Source: Candidatus Hermodarchaeota archaeon
Lineage (GTDB): Archaea; Asgardarchaeota; Lokiarchaeia; Sigyniarchaeales; SOKP01
Direction of reading: 5' to 3'
DNA length: 64,000 nucleotides
Assembly (NCBI GenBank): GCA_048885925.1
Contig: JBHLLG010000003.1
Span: 32,001-96,000 of the forward strand
Every line of letters begins with the position of its first letter. Within the stretch, counting starts at the first letter, position 1. Below, piece by piece: positions 10,900 through 20,606 of this stretch. The notes beneath the pieces were generated by a model that made no database searches, was not told the DNA's origin, and saw only the letters and a program-made list of their open reading frames with translations. A program made the position numbers and the translations under genes.

Positions 10900-11596
10900 A
10901 ATAAAGAAATTATATCATTATTATGGGAAAGCAAGAGCTCTTGAAGAAATCAATTTAAAAATTGAAGAGAAAGTTTTAGATGCTGTTATTGGTCCAAATG
11001 GAGCGGGAAAATCTACTCTTCTCAGAGTAATATCTGGTTTAGAAGAACCAGATAGAGGAAAAATTGAATTCTTAGGAGAGAGAATAGATGAGTTAAAAGC
11101 TCATAAAATAGCCAAAAAAGGAATTTCTCATTGTCCAGAACGTCGAAGGTTGTTTCCTGACATGAATGTTGCCGATAATCTCAAAATGGGAGCATTCTTA
11201 AATAAAGATAAAGAAAAATACAAAATATTAAGAGATTTTGTTTTTGAAATTTTTCCACGTCTTAAAGAAAGAAGAAAGCAACGGGCAGGGACATTAAGTG
11301 GAGGAGAACAACAAATGCTTGCTATTGCACGTTCTCTTATGGCTAACCCAAAATTGCTTTTATTAGATGAACCATCATTAGGTTTAGCTCCAAAAGTTAA
11401 GAAAAAAATTTTTGAAGCAATTGAAATGATCAAAAAAGAAGGTACAACTACATTATTAGTTGAACAAGATGCCGCATTAGCTATGGATGTATCTGAATAT
11501 CTCCATGTTTTAGAGGAAGGAAAAATTGAAATGCGTGGTACAAGCGAAGAATTAAAGAGAGAACCTCGAATTAAAAAAATATATTTAGGTATATAG
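10892..11596 (+). CDS. livF: ABC ATP-binding protein LivF
   Basis: GPNGAGKS, 'AGTLSGGEQQMLAIARSLM', 'DEPSLGLAP', 'LVEQ'. ATG10892 follows the AGGTGA SD and overlaps the livG stop. Confidence 0.92.
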   Translation: MLEIKKLYHYYGKARALEEINLKIEEKVLDAVIGPNGAGKSTLLRVISGLEEPDRGKIEFLGERIDELKAHKIAKKGISHCPERRRLFPDMNVADNLKMGAFLNKDKEKYKILRDFVFEIFPRLKERRKQRAGTLSGGEQQMLAIARSLMANPKLLLLDEPSLGLAPKVKKKIFEAIEMIKKEGTTTLLVEQDAALAMDVSEYLHVLEEGKIEMRGTSEELKREPRIKKIYLGI

Positions 11597-11607
11597 GGTG
11601 ATTTTGA

Positions 11608-13068
11608 ATGTCAGCTCCTTTAGAAATATTATTGAGAGATGCTCGAATTGATCTCGTTTTAGCTCGAATCGAGAAAGATGAATCTATTATAAATGAGATA
11701 ATAAACCATATAGATAACAATATTAGATCGATTAAATTCAATGCGATTCATGTATTAGGAGAATTAGGCCAAAAATCTAAAAACAGTATCTCAAAATTGA
11801 GGAAATGTTTAGAAGATGATGATTGGAGTATTAGACGTGAAGCTGTTAGATCCTTAGGAAAGATTGGAGAAATTGCTAAAGATACAATTCCACAGGTATC
11901 GATAATGCTAAAAGATAAAGAAGAATCTATTAGAAGTGAAGCAGCAATTTCACTTGGTAAGATTAAGAATCCGACTAATGAAGCAATTTCAAGTTTAATT
12001 GAAGTATTAAATGATAATTCTGAAATTGTCCGAACTGAAGTTGCTAAAGCTCTCGGTGAAATAGGGGCAGATGCATATGAAGCAATTCCATTTCTTATGA
12101 AAAGCCTTAAAGATGTAAGTTGGACTGTTAGAACTTCCTCAGCTCAATCAATTAGTCAGATTGGGAAAGGATCTACCAAAGCCATACCAAGTTTAATAAA
12201 AGCACTTGAAGATAAAGATTGGAGAGTAAGATTCAGAGTCTCGAATACTTTAGCAGAATTAGGAAAGGAAGTAATTCCAAATCTTGTATCTATATTACAC
12301 CATAAAGATAAATTTGTAAGAAAGTGCGTAGTAGATATATTGGGAGAAATGAAACTAACAGATCAAAATATAATGGACAATATCTCAAAACTATTACATG
12401 ATAAAGCCGAAATCGTTAGAGGGAAAGCTGCTGATGCTCTTAGGAGTATTGGCAAAGACGCTGTTCCCATTTTAAATAGAGAAATTGAATCAGCATCTTT
12501 AAAAATGAAAAAAATCATAATTTCTGCACTTGGAGGTATTGGTACAGACGCTAAAGAAGCGATTCCAACTCTTATCAGTTTATTAAAAGTGCCTGAACAA
12601 TTATATATTGAACATATGCTTGGAATGGGTTTATGGAAGGTTATTTCTTATAAGTCTAAACATTCAATTTTAACTTTTATAAACGATCCCTTTAGAAGAA
12701 ATGTATCAGTTAGAGTAGAAGTAGCAAGAGCATTAGGAAAAATTGGAGTAGATTCAGAAGATGCTATCCGTGCTCTTGAATTTGCTTTGTATGATCCCAG
12801 AAGTATTGTACGACGTGAAGCTGCACTTTCTTTAGGAAAATTAGGATTATTAGCAAAAAATGCAGTTCCCAGTTTAATTAAAAGTTTACAAGATAAAAAT
12901 CCAGATGTAAGATGGAGATCATCTGAAGCATTGGGAGTATTAGGCGTTAATACCGAAGAAGTTATATCAAGTTTGAATGAATTAATCCATGATGAATGTG
13001 ATTTCGTATGTGAATCTGCTATTAATGCATTAGATGCATTAACCGAAGAAGAACAAAAATATTATTAG
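11608..13068 (+). CDS. HEAT/PBS-lyase repeat protein
   Basis: About 12 repeats of 'L.D....VR..AA.ALG.IG'; SD GGGGTGA directly after livF. Confidence 0.9.
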   Translation: MSAPLEILLRDARIDLVLARIEKDESIINEIINHIDNNIRSIKFNAIHVLGELGQKSKNSISKLRKCLEDDDWSIRREAVRSLGKIGEIAKDTIPQVSIMLKDKEESIRSEAAISLGKIKNPTNEAISSLIEVLNDNSEIVRTEVAKALGEIGADAYEAIPFLMKSLKDVSWTVRTSSAQSISQIGKGSTKAIPSLIKALEDKDWRVRFRVSNTLAELGKEVIPNLVSILHHKDKFVRKCVVDILGEMKLTDQNIMDNISKLLHDKAEIVRGKAADALRSIGKDAVPILNREIESASLKMKKIIISALGGIGTDAKEAIPTLISLLKVPEQLYIEHMLGMGLWKVISYKSKHSILTFINDPFRRNVSVRVEVARALGKIGVDSEDAIRALEFALYDPRSIVRREAALSLGKLGLLAKNAVPSLIKSLQDKNPDVRWRSSEALGVLGVNTEEVISSLNELIHDECDFVCESAINALDALTEEEQKYY

Positions 13069-13157
13069 AGATCCATATTTTTCTTAATAATGATCTATAT
13101 TTTTCTTAATAATAATTATTATAAAAGGAAGTATTTTAAAAAGGAGGAAGTTAAAAA

Positions 13158-14855
13158 TTGAGTGATAATCCGTATGCAGCAAAACCATGGTTACAACATT
13201 ATGATGATGGTGTTGCAGCCGAAGTAAATATCCCTGAAATGAATATTTCAGAGTTTCTTGACAATTCAACTAAGGAATTTGGGAGTAGAACTGCTATTTG
13301 GTTCCTAAAAAACAAAATATCGTATAAAAAGTTCAAGGATGTAGCTGATAGGCTTGCTACTGCTCTTGTTGATTTAGGTGTGAAAAAAGGTGATGTCGTG
13401 GCAATCATGTTGCCAAATATGCCTCAATTTATGTTTAGTTTTTATGGTATCTTGAAGGCAGGGGGCATTGTAACCGCAAATAGTATACTCCACACAGAAC
13501 ATGAGCTAGCTTATCAATTAAATGACTCTGGTGCAGAAATAATAATTGCATGGGACAATCAGTTAGAAAAAATTATGAATATTAAGGATAGAACACGTCT
13601 TAGACACATAATTATTACTAATGTATTTGATTATGCTCCGATGGCTGATCAATTAAGGGTAAGAGAACCTCCAGAAATAGCGGGAACGATTCAATTTCTA
13701 AATTTAATTAATAAAACAAAACCTAATCCTCCTAAATTTGAGACTAACGCAAAAGAGGATGTAGCAGTCCTACAATATACAGGAGGAACAACAGGTTTAC
13801 CTAAAGGAGCAATGCTGACTCATTATGGTTTAGTTGCCAATTGTGTTCAGATGCATGAATGGACAAAATCCTTAGTACAGAGAGGGAAACAGACTGCGCT
13901 TACAACATTACCTTTATTTCATATCTACGGAATGCAAGTGTGTATGAATAGTTTCATATATAGTGGAACAACTATCGCTCTACATCCTGATCCTCGAGAT
14001 CAAAAAGGTTTATTTGAGGTGATTAAAGCAACTCATCCTGCAATGTTTCCTGGTGTACCAACGATGTACATGCGCCTATTAGAGCGTGATGATCTCGAAG
14101 ATTATGCTAAAGATCTCAGGTCAATCAAGGTTTGTAATAGTGGTGCTGCTCCAATGCCACCTGAAGTTCTAAAAGAATTTGAGGAAAGAACGGGGGCTGT
14201 AATAATCGAAGGATATGGAATGACAGAATGTGGACCCGCAACTCATGTTAATCCATTAAACGGAACAAGAAAAATTGGTTCTGTAGGATTGGCAATATCA
14301 AGTACTGAATTTAAAATCGTTGATATTGAAGATTATACTAAAATTGTTCCCCAAGGTGAAGCAGGAGAAATAATGGTTAAAGGGCCTCAAGTTATGAGAG
14401 GATATTGGAATAAACCAGAAGAAACAGCAAATCAATTGAAAGGCGATTGGTTATTAACTGGAGATATTGGAAGAATGGATGAAGATGGGTATTTATATAT
14501 AGTCGATAGGAAAAAAGATATGATAAATATCAGCGGGTTTAAAGTGTACCCAAGAGAAGTTGAAGATGTATTATTTGAACATGAGGCTATTGAAAATGCA
14601 TCAATAATAGGAGTGCCTGATCCTAATGTTCCTGGTAATGAATATGTTAAAGCATTCATAGTACTAAAAGATGGATATAGAGAAACTGAGGAAATTAAAG
14701 CAGACATTAAAGAGTTCTTAAGGAAAAATGTTGCTCCTTATAAAGTTCCAAAAGAAATGGAGTTCAGAAAGGAATTGCCTGAAACTTTTGTCGGAAAAGT
14801 GCTCCGTAAAGATCTAAAGGAAATAGAAGCCAAAAGACGCGGAGAAGAAGTATAG
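13158..14855 (+). CDS. fadD: Long-chain fatty acid--CoA ligase (ANL adenylating family)
   Basis: 'YTGGTTGLPKG', 'EGYGMTE', 'TGDIG', 'DRKKDMI', 'LPETFVGK'; TTG start after AGGAGG. Confidence 0.9.
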   Translation: MSDNPYAAKPWLQHYDDGVAAEVNIPEMNISEFLDNSTKEFGSRTAIWFLKNKISYKKFKDVADRLATALVDLGVKKGDVVAIMLPNMPQFMFSFYGILKAGGIVTANSILHTEHELAYQLNDSGAEIIIAWDNQLEKIMNIKDRTRLRHIIITNVFDYAPMADQLRVREPPEIAGTIQFLNLINKTKPNPPKFETNAKEDVAVLQYTGGTTGLPKGAMLTHYGLVANCVQMHEWTKSLVQRGKQTALTTLPLFHIYGMQVCMNSFIYSGTTIALHPDPRDQKGLFEVIKATHPAMFPGVPTMYMRLLERDDLEDYAKDLRSIKVCNSGAAPMPPEVLKEFEERTGAVIIEGYGMTECGPATHVNPLNGTRKIGSVGLAISSTEFKIVDIEDYTKIVPQGEAGEIMVKGPQVMRGYWNKPEETANQLKGDWLLTGDIGRMDEDGYLYIVDRKKDMINISGFKVYPREVEDVLFEHEAIENASIIGVPDPNVPGNEYVKAFIVLKDGYRETEEIKADIKEFLRKNVAPYKVPKEMEFRKELPETFVGKVLRKDLKEIEAKRRGEEV

Positions 14856-15259
14856 TTTAAAACTTTTTTATTTTAAATTTTCCTTTTTCCATTTTTTCAT
14901 AAAATCTGTAAAATCATAACTAGAGATTCCGAGAGAATTAAAATTTTTTTTTTTTATTTTTTTATCAGATTCAGATTTATCTCTTAAAGACTCCTGCCAA
15001 TCATAATAACTTATAGCTTTTGACATGATCTTATAACCATAATTATAATAAATAAACTAATACAGAGTACCAGTTTTCTAATAGTCAAAGAAATAATACA
15101 AATTTGTCTATTTAGATTTAAGCATTATATTCCATAATACGTACCAAAAGAACAAAAAATTGAAATTAGTAAATAAATTTAAGGGAAAACTTTCATAGGT
15201 TATTTAGAAGGGAGATATACGACAAAAATATTCAGATTTTACATTTTTCAAAATATATT

Positions 15260-16264
15260 TTATTCACTTATAATAGAATATACGTGTTTAGGTCGTCCTG
15301 CTTTTTCGCGTTTAATTATTTCCTCTTTTATTACCCGTTCTTTGACTAAAAATTCAAGGATCTCTCTTAACTTTGCACCAGATATTTTAGATTTAATAAC
15401 CAATTCACGAGTTTTAACTTTTTCTTGGTTTTTAATGATGTCTAAAATGTTCTGAATAGGATCTGGATTAATCTCAATTGATTTAATACAAGTTTTTGCA
15501 TCAAACATTTTTCTCACACTAATTGCCATATTCGGCATATAGAATCCGTTAAAATGAAAATATGAATCATCAATGAATAAAACCGAATTAAAGTAATAAT
15601 CTATTAGAATTACTCCCTCATTGACGATTAAATCATTGAATCTTACTAATCGACATGCTTTTTCATTTGTTTCAATGATTTCTACTTTAATATTTTTTAA
15701 AATATCTGTTATATATCCAAAATAGTTATCAATTGATTCAAAATCTAATTTTGAATAATAAAGTTTAATTTTAATTCCGTTCAAAAAAGCTCTGTTTAAT
15801 CCTCGCTCTAACTTTTTCAAAAGGGATGGTGGAAGAGAAGAAAGGATGATCTCACTTTCTGCTTTATCAATTAATTCATATATATATTCAAGACCAATAT
15901 TTATATCAGAATGATGATAGAACGTGATATTTCGGGTACAAATCCCTTTTACACTTTCTAATGCTTGAATACCTTCCTCAAGTTTATGTATTCTTTCCAG
16001 AATAGTATTATTTTTCTTCTTTAATATTTCTGTTAATATGATTTTTGGGTTACTTCTAAAATACATTTTTGGTTTTCCATCTGAAGCAGTTATGAATCCA
16101 TTATTTTCTAGATATCTTAAATTATCCCTTACCACAGCATAGGAATAGTCTAAATCATTTTTGATTTGACCAATACTTCCAAAATGATTATTTAACAAAT
16201 AATCATAAATTTTAATTTGTATATCAGATAATCCAAATTCATTAAGAAAGTCTAAATTATGCAT
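15260..16264 (-). CDS. TrmB-family transcriptional regulator (N-terminal wHTH, effector domain, C-terminal HTH)
   Basis: 'FGLSDIQIKIYDYLL...L..LENNGFI....GKPKMY...NP', 'IDKAESEI', C-terminal 'GRPKHVY'. Confidence 0.8.
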   Translation of the reverse strand: MHNLDFLNEFGLSDIQIKIYDYLLNNHFGSIGQIKNDLDYSYAVVRDNLRYLENNGFITASDGKPKMYFRSNPKIILTEILKKKNNTILERIHKLEEGIQALESVKGICTRNITFYHHSDINIGLEYIYELIDKAESEIILSSLPPSLLKKLERGLNRAFLNGIKIKLYYSKLDFESIDNYFGYITDILKNIKVEIIETNEKACRLVRFNDLIVNEGVILIDYYFNSVLFIDDSYFHFNGFYMPNMAISVRKMFDAKTCIKSIEINPDPIQNILDIIKNQEKVKTRELVIKSKISGAKLREILEFLVKERVIKEEIIKREKAGRPKHVYSIISE

Positions 16265-16297
16265 ATTTATTATTTCCTCTAATATTATATTAGAATG

Positions 16298-16355
16298 ATT
16301 TGTGACAGTTTATATTCGTATTGAAGGAAATCATCATTTATATAAACTCACAAAT
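16298..16355. promoter_or_regulatory. Back-to-back TATA boxes, each followed by TCACAAAT (candidate TrmB operator)
   Basis: The minus strand reads ATATAAACTGTCACAAAT (16315-16298) and the plus strand reads ATATAAACTCACAAAT (16340-16355), in the divergent intergenic region. Confidence 0.5.
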
Positions 16356-16412
16356 AATTATAAATCGTAATGATTAATAAATTTAAATTAAATAAAAAAT
16401 GGAGTGATTAAT

Positions 16413-16544
16413 ATGGCTCAATGTAAAGACTGTAAATTTTATAAACCAATTGATGAAACCAAAGGAGATTGCTTTGGACATGAAGTTCCGGCAACTTTAA
16501 ACGTGGAACAATGTCCTGCTAATGCATTTCAACCTAGGGAATGA
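16413..16544 (+). CDS. 43-aa Cys4 microprotein resembling one HpdC/BssC (glycyl-radical enzyme small subunit) [4Fe-4S] module; not in the ORF track
   Basis: Translates MAQCKDCKFYKPIDETKGDCFGHEVPATLNVEQCPANAFQPRE*, with SD GGAGTGA at 16401-16407 and CxxC-x12-C-x13-C spacing. Confidence 0.75.
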   Translation: MAQCKDCKFYKPIDETKGDCFGHEVPATLNVEQCPANAFQPRE

Positions 16545-16572
16545 ATTTAAACTTTTATTTTGGTGGTATAAA

Positions 16573-17196
16573 GTGCAAGCAAAAGTTGATTTTAAAAAAT
16601 CAATGAATGATTTTTACCAACCCAATTCGAAAGAAGTAGTAGTCATTAATGTTCCAGAAATGCAATTCTTGATGATTGATGGAATTGGATCTCCTGGAGA
16701 CTCTGAAGAATATTTAGACGCTCTTGCTGTACTATATCCTGTGGCTTTTAAAATAAAGTTTTTGAGCAAAACAAAAGGTAAAGATTATGTTGTTCCTCCA
16801 TTGGAAGGTCTTTGGTGGGCTGATAAAATGGAAGATTTTATAGAAGGAAATAGAGATAAATGGAAGTGGACAATGATGATTATGCAACCAGATTGGATTA
16901 CTCTAGATATGATTAATGAAGCTATTGAAATTTCAAAAGAAAAAAAACCAGAGCTGAAAGATAAATTATCTAAACTTCGTCTTGAAAAATATAAAGAAGG
17001 AAAAGCTGCACAAATAATGCATATAGGTCCTTATTCTGAAGAAGGTCCAACGATTGAAAAAATACATAATTTTATCAAATATAATGGTGGAAGTTTTAAC
17101 GGATGCAAACAAAAGCATCATGAAATATATTTAAGTGATCCAAGAAAAGCAAATCCAGCTACCATGAAAACGGTTATAAGGCAGCCCTTTATCTAA
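16573..17196 (+). CDS. GyrI-like small-molecule-binding domain protein
   Basis: 'FLMIDG.G.P', 'PPLEGLWW', 'W.WTMMIMQPD', 'HIGPYSEE', 'HHEIYLSDPRK'. GTG16573 after GGTGG is more plausible than ATG16522, which overlaps the upstream microprotein. Confidence 0.85.
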   Translation: MQAKVDFKKSMNDFYQPNSKEVVVINVPEMQFLMIDGIGSPGDSEEYLDALAVLYPVAFKIKFLSKTKGKDYVVPPLEGLWWADKMEDFIEGNRDKWKWTMMIMQPDWITLDMINEAIEISKEKKPELKDKLSKLRLEKYKEGKAAQIMHIGPYSEEGPTIEKIHNFIKYNGGSFNGCKQKHHEIYLSDPRKANPATMKTVIRQPFI

Positions 17197-17302
17197 ATGT
17201 TTTTCTAAATTTCATTTAAATATAATGAGTGCTTTTTTTTATAAAATGGATTTTAGAATGTTAGCTAAACTTCTTTTATTTAATTATATTTAAATTAATA
17301 TC

Positions 17303-19891
17303 ATGTTTATCTATTTAGAGAATTTACACTTATCAGAAGATAAAGAAAAGGGTATATTTTTAATTCCTCAACCATACTATCTAAAAGTTAAAAATTTGAA
17401 AAAGTTGAAGATAACAGAACAATCTCGACTATTTTCAGATATAAAAAAGGATTATTTATTTATAATTGAAGATTTTCAAAAAAAATTGGTAGATTTTGGA
17501 TTAAAAAAAAAGTTAGAAATTCATGATATTAACAATAGCAACAAATTTCCAAAAGTTAAATCAATTTTAAAAATTGGTAAAAATAGTTTTCCAGAAAACC
17601 TTTATGATAATATTGTAAAACAAAATAATTATATTGAACAGGGATATATTTTAGTTTCAGAAGATTCTTCAATAGTAATTGAAGCTTCTTCATTTCGAGG
17701 GTTATTTTATGGAATTCAAACACTGATTCAATTGTTAAATTCAAGTAATAATAAGTTATCTATTAATGAATTGAGAATAATAGATTATCCTACATTAGAA
17801 ATCAGAGGTGTATCAGACAATATATCAAGGGGACAAGCACCTACCATTGAAAATTTAAAGAAATTTATCAAAGAATTGAGTCATTATAAAATAAATCAAT
17901 ATTATCTGGTGCATATACATGACATATTTAATTTTTCTAATCATCCAGAAATTGGAAAAGAGAGAGGGGCATATTTAAAAGAAGAATTAGTAGAATTGCG
18001 AGATTTCGCAAAAAAATATTTTGTAGATTTAATTCCAATTTTTCAAACTATAGGCCATTGGGAGAATATTTTAATTAATCCTAAATACTGGGAAAATGGA
18101 GAATTCCCTGGTTCAAATAGTTTAAATATTGCTAATCAAAACATTTATATGCTTTTAGATGAAATGATTGGTGAATTAAGACAAGTTTTTAATTCCGATT
18201 ATTTTCATATTGGAGCAGATGAAAGTTGGGATGTTGGAAAAGTAACATCAAAAAACTATGTAGAAAATATTGGTCTCGGAAAAGCTTATCTGAACCATTA
18301 CAAACGCGTGTATCAAATTGTAAAAAAGCATGGGTTTAAGAAACTTATAATTTATCATGACATTCTCCATAATTATAAAGAAGTACTAGAAAATTTACCT
18401 AAAGATATAATAATAATGTACTGGAAGTATAGTGTACAAAAGAATCATCCTATTTTAAAGAAAATCAAAAGCTATGGCTTTCCATTAATTGTAAGTCCAT
18501 CTATTATGGATTTTAATCGTATTTTTCCCTCATTTGATAAATATGAAAAAAATATTGTTAATTTAATCAAATTTGGATATGAAAATGGAATTCTTGGAGA
18601 AATTACATCAAGTTGGGGAGATTATAGAAATAGAGAGCTCAGAGAAAATCGAATTTATGGTTTTATCTTTTCTGCTATGATTGGATGGAATCCAATAAAA
18701 GAGGTTAACGTTTTATATTTTTGGAAGAGTTTATTTATACATTTCTTCGGAATAATAAATCCTAAATTAATTCAAATTTTTAGTACTCTTAGATCGATCC
18801 AAGATAAAAGATTATTGCATATAAGATCTTCAGCTTACTATAATCATTTCTTTGCTCACCCATATTCTAATAATACCAAAAGGTATAGAAAAAATATAAG
18901 GACCTCTGGATTTGCTAAATTAACACTAAGGTTAAATGAAATCATTAAAATTTGCAAAGAATTAGAAAATGAGGTAATTAGGAATAGAATAAATATAAGA
19001 AATCTTGCTTTTGTCGCAAAACATATTAACTTTTTCTGCAAAAAAAAATTAAACTCAAAATCTTTAGTACAAATTACGCTTATCAATGAAAAATATAGGA
19101 ATCAAAAAATTCAGGAGATTAGAGATTTAATAGAAGAATTAATCCATCTATTAGATGAATATGAATTTCTATGGTTAAAGTGTGCAAAGAAAGAAGGTTT
19201 TAATGCAATAAAAAATCAATATTGGTGGTTAATTAGGTTTTATAATGATAAAATTGAACAATTGCAAAATAATATAAGATGGGAAAACCCTAATATCCCT
19301 AGTGAGCTAATATATTTAGATAAGGAAGCCCTACATACTTACCATACAACTTTTTATAAAAAGGTAATAAACTTTGAAGGAGAAATAGAAAATGCATACT
19401 TACAGGTTATTGCGGGTACTTTTGCTAAAATTTTTATTAATGATTCGTATATAGGTTATACAATTACAAGACATTCACTTGAATTTAATATCTTAGAAAA
19501 TAATATTCAAATTTTTAATATAAAAAAATATTTAAAACAAGAAGAAAATGTAATTAAGATTGAAAATAATGATTTTATTGGAGGGATAAGCCCCATAAGC
19601 GTTTATGGCGAAATAGATATACTTCCTAAAAAGCAAATTCTAATAAAAACAGATAGAACATGGGAAGCAACAAGAGAATTTAATAAAAATTGGAGAAATG
19701 TTAAAAGTTTTGGAAGTCCTCCTAAAGCAACAGGAGGATTGTATTATCCTGACTTCAAAAATGCTCTACATTCGAAAGAAACTGATTTACTAGCATTCTT
19801 AAATACTATTATTAGTAGAAAATCTACAAGATCTTTTTGGTTTTTAAAGTTAATATTCAAGCTTTTTTACCGACTTAATATTTTAGAATAA
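17303..19891 (+). CDS. Glycoside hydrolase family 20 (beta-N-acetylhexosaminidase-like) with C-terminal beta-sandwich
   Basis: '[12 protein letters not shown]', 'IIDYP....RG', 'GH', catalytic 'HIGADE', 'WGD'. Confidence 0.85.
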   Translation: MFIYLENLHLSEDKEKGIFLIPQPYYLKVKNLKKLKITEQSRLFSDIKKDYLFIIEDFQKKLVDFGLKKKLEIHDINNSNKFPKVKSILKIGKNSFPENLYDNIVKQNNYIEQGYILVSEDSSIVIEASSFRGLFYGIQTLIQLLNSSNNKLSINELRIIDYPTLEIRGVSDNISRGQAPTIENLKKFIKELSHYKINQYYLVHIHDIFNFSNHPEIGKERGAYLKEELVELRDFAKKYFVDLIPIFQTIGHWENILINPKYWENGEFPGSNSLNIANQNIYMLLDEMIGELRQVFNSDYFHIGADESWDVGKVTSKNYVENIGLGKAYLNHYKRVYQIVKKHGFKKLIIYHDILHNYKEVLENLPKDIIIMYWKYSVQKNHPILKKIKSYGFPLIVSPSIMDFNRIFPSFDKYEKNIVNLIKFGYENGILGEITSSWGDYRNRELRENRIYGFIFSAMIGWNPIKEVNVLYFWKSLFIHFFGIINPKLIQIFSTLRSIQDKRLLHIRSSAYYNHFFAHPYSNNTKRYRKNIRTSGFAKLTLRLNEIIKICKELENEVIRNRINIRNLAFVAKHINFFCKKKLNSKSLVQITLINEKYRNQKIQEIRDLIEELIHLLDEYEFLWLKCAKKEGFNAIKNQYWWLIRFYNDKIEQLQNNIRWENPNIPSELIYLDKEALHTYHTTFYKKVINFEGEIENAYLQVIAGTFAKIFINDSYIGYTITRHSLEFNILENNIQIFNIKKYLKQEENVIKIENNDFIGGISPISVYGEIDILPKKQILIKTDRTWEATREFNKNWRNVKSFGSPPKATGGLYYPDFKNALHSKETDLLAFLNTIISRKSTRSFWFLKLIFKLFYRLNILE

Positions 19892-20042
19892 ATACAATAT
19901 TTTACTTTAGTTATTTCTATTTCAAGAGTTTTTTGGTTATTATCTTTTTAAAAGGATTTAACCCACTTAAGAATAACATTAAAATTTATATATTCTGACC
20001 TTATAGTTATTTTAATAAATTTGTAATTTACAGGTTTAGAAA

Positions 20043-20594
20043 ATGAGTAATGAAGAACTTAATCAAACTAAAAAAATAAACGTAAGAGATTGGATCGTAC
20101 TTAGTACGGTTATGATTGGTGCGGTTCTCACGATCCTTGCTCTAATTTGGCAGGTTCCACCTCCTAATGGGATAGTTACCGCAACATTTTCACTAATGAT
20201 ATCTTTTATTTTTTTTGTTAATTCTGTCTCTGCTAATTCTAAAGCTCAATTCGAAGCTAATCTAGGGAAAGTATCTGAAGAAAGAATTAACCGATTTGTA
20301 ACTTTTGCAGAATATTCATTTGGATTTGGATTTACATTAGTCATCACTGGATTTACAATACTAGGTTATGAATATTTATTAGGTTATGTTGGTCGGGAAT
20401 TAATTAGTCTATTGCTCCCAATTACTTTTTTATTTACTGCGTGGGTAATTATCTTCATATATAATATAATAAACTATTTTGGGAAACCTCTAGGAGCCTT
20501 AAGAAACTTAAAACGTAACCTCTGGATATTTTTAGAACTAATCTGCCTGGTAATAATCATATTCGATTTTTTCGAGATATTATCTATTCCCTAA
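20043..20594 (+). CDS. Hypothetical membrane protein (about 5 TM)
   Basis: 183-aa ORF with hydrophobic helices, preceded by a TTTATATA TATA-like box. Confidence 0.7.
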   Translation: MSNEELNQTKKINVRDWIVLSTVMIGAVLTILALIWQVPPPNGIVTATFSLMISFIFFVNSVSANSKAQFEANLGKVSEERINRFVTFAEYSFGFGFTLVITGFTILGYEYLLGYVGRELISLLLPITFLFTAWVIIFIYNIINYFGKPLGALRNLKRNLWIFLELICLVIIIFDFFEILSIP

Positions 20595-20606
20595 ATTTTT
20601 TTTTCT

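Noticed and set aside
14860-15255. Possible degraded minus-strand gene (fragments such as MSKAISYYDWQESLRDKSESDKK and LENWYSVLVYLL)
   Set aside because: Multiple stops in every frame and no recognisable family, so a pseudogene call cannot be supported.
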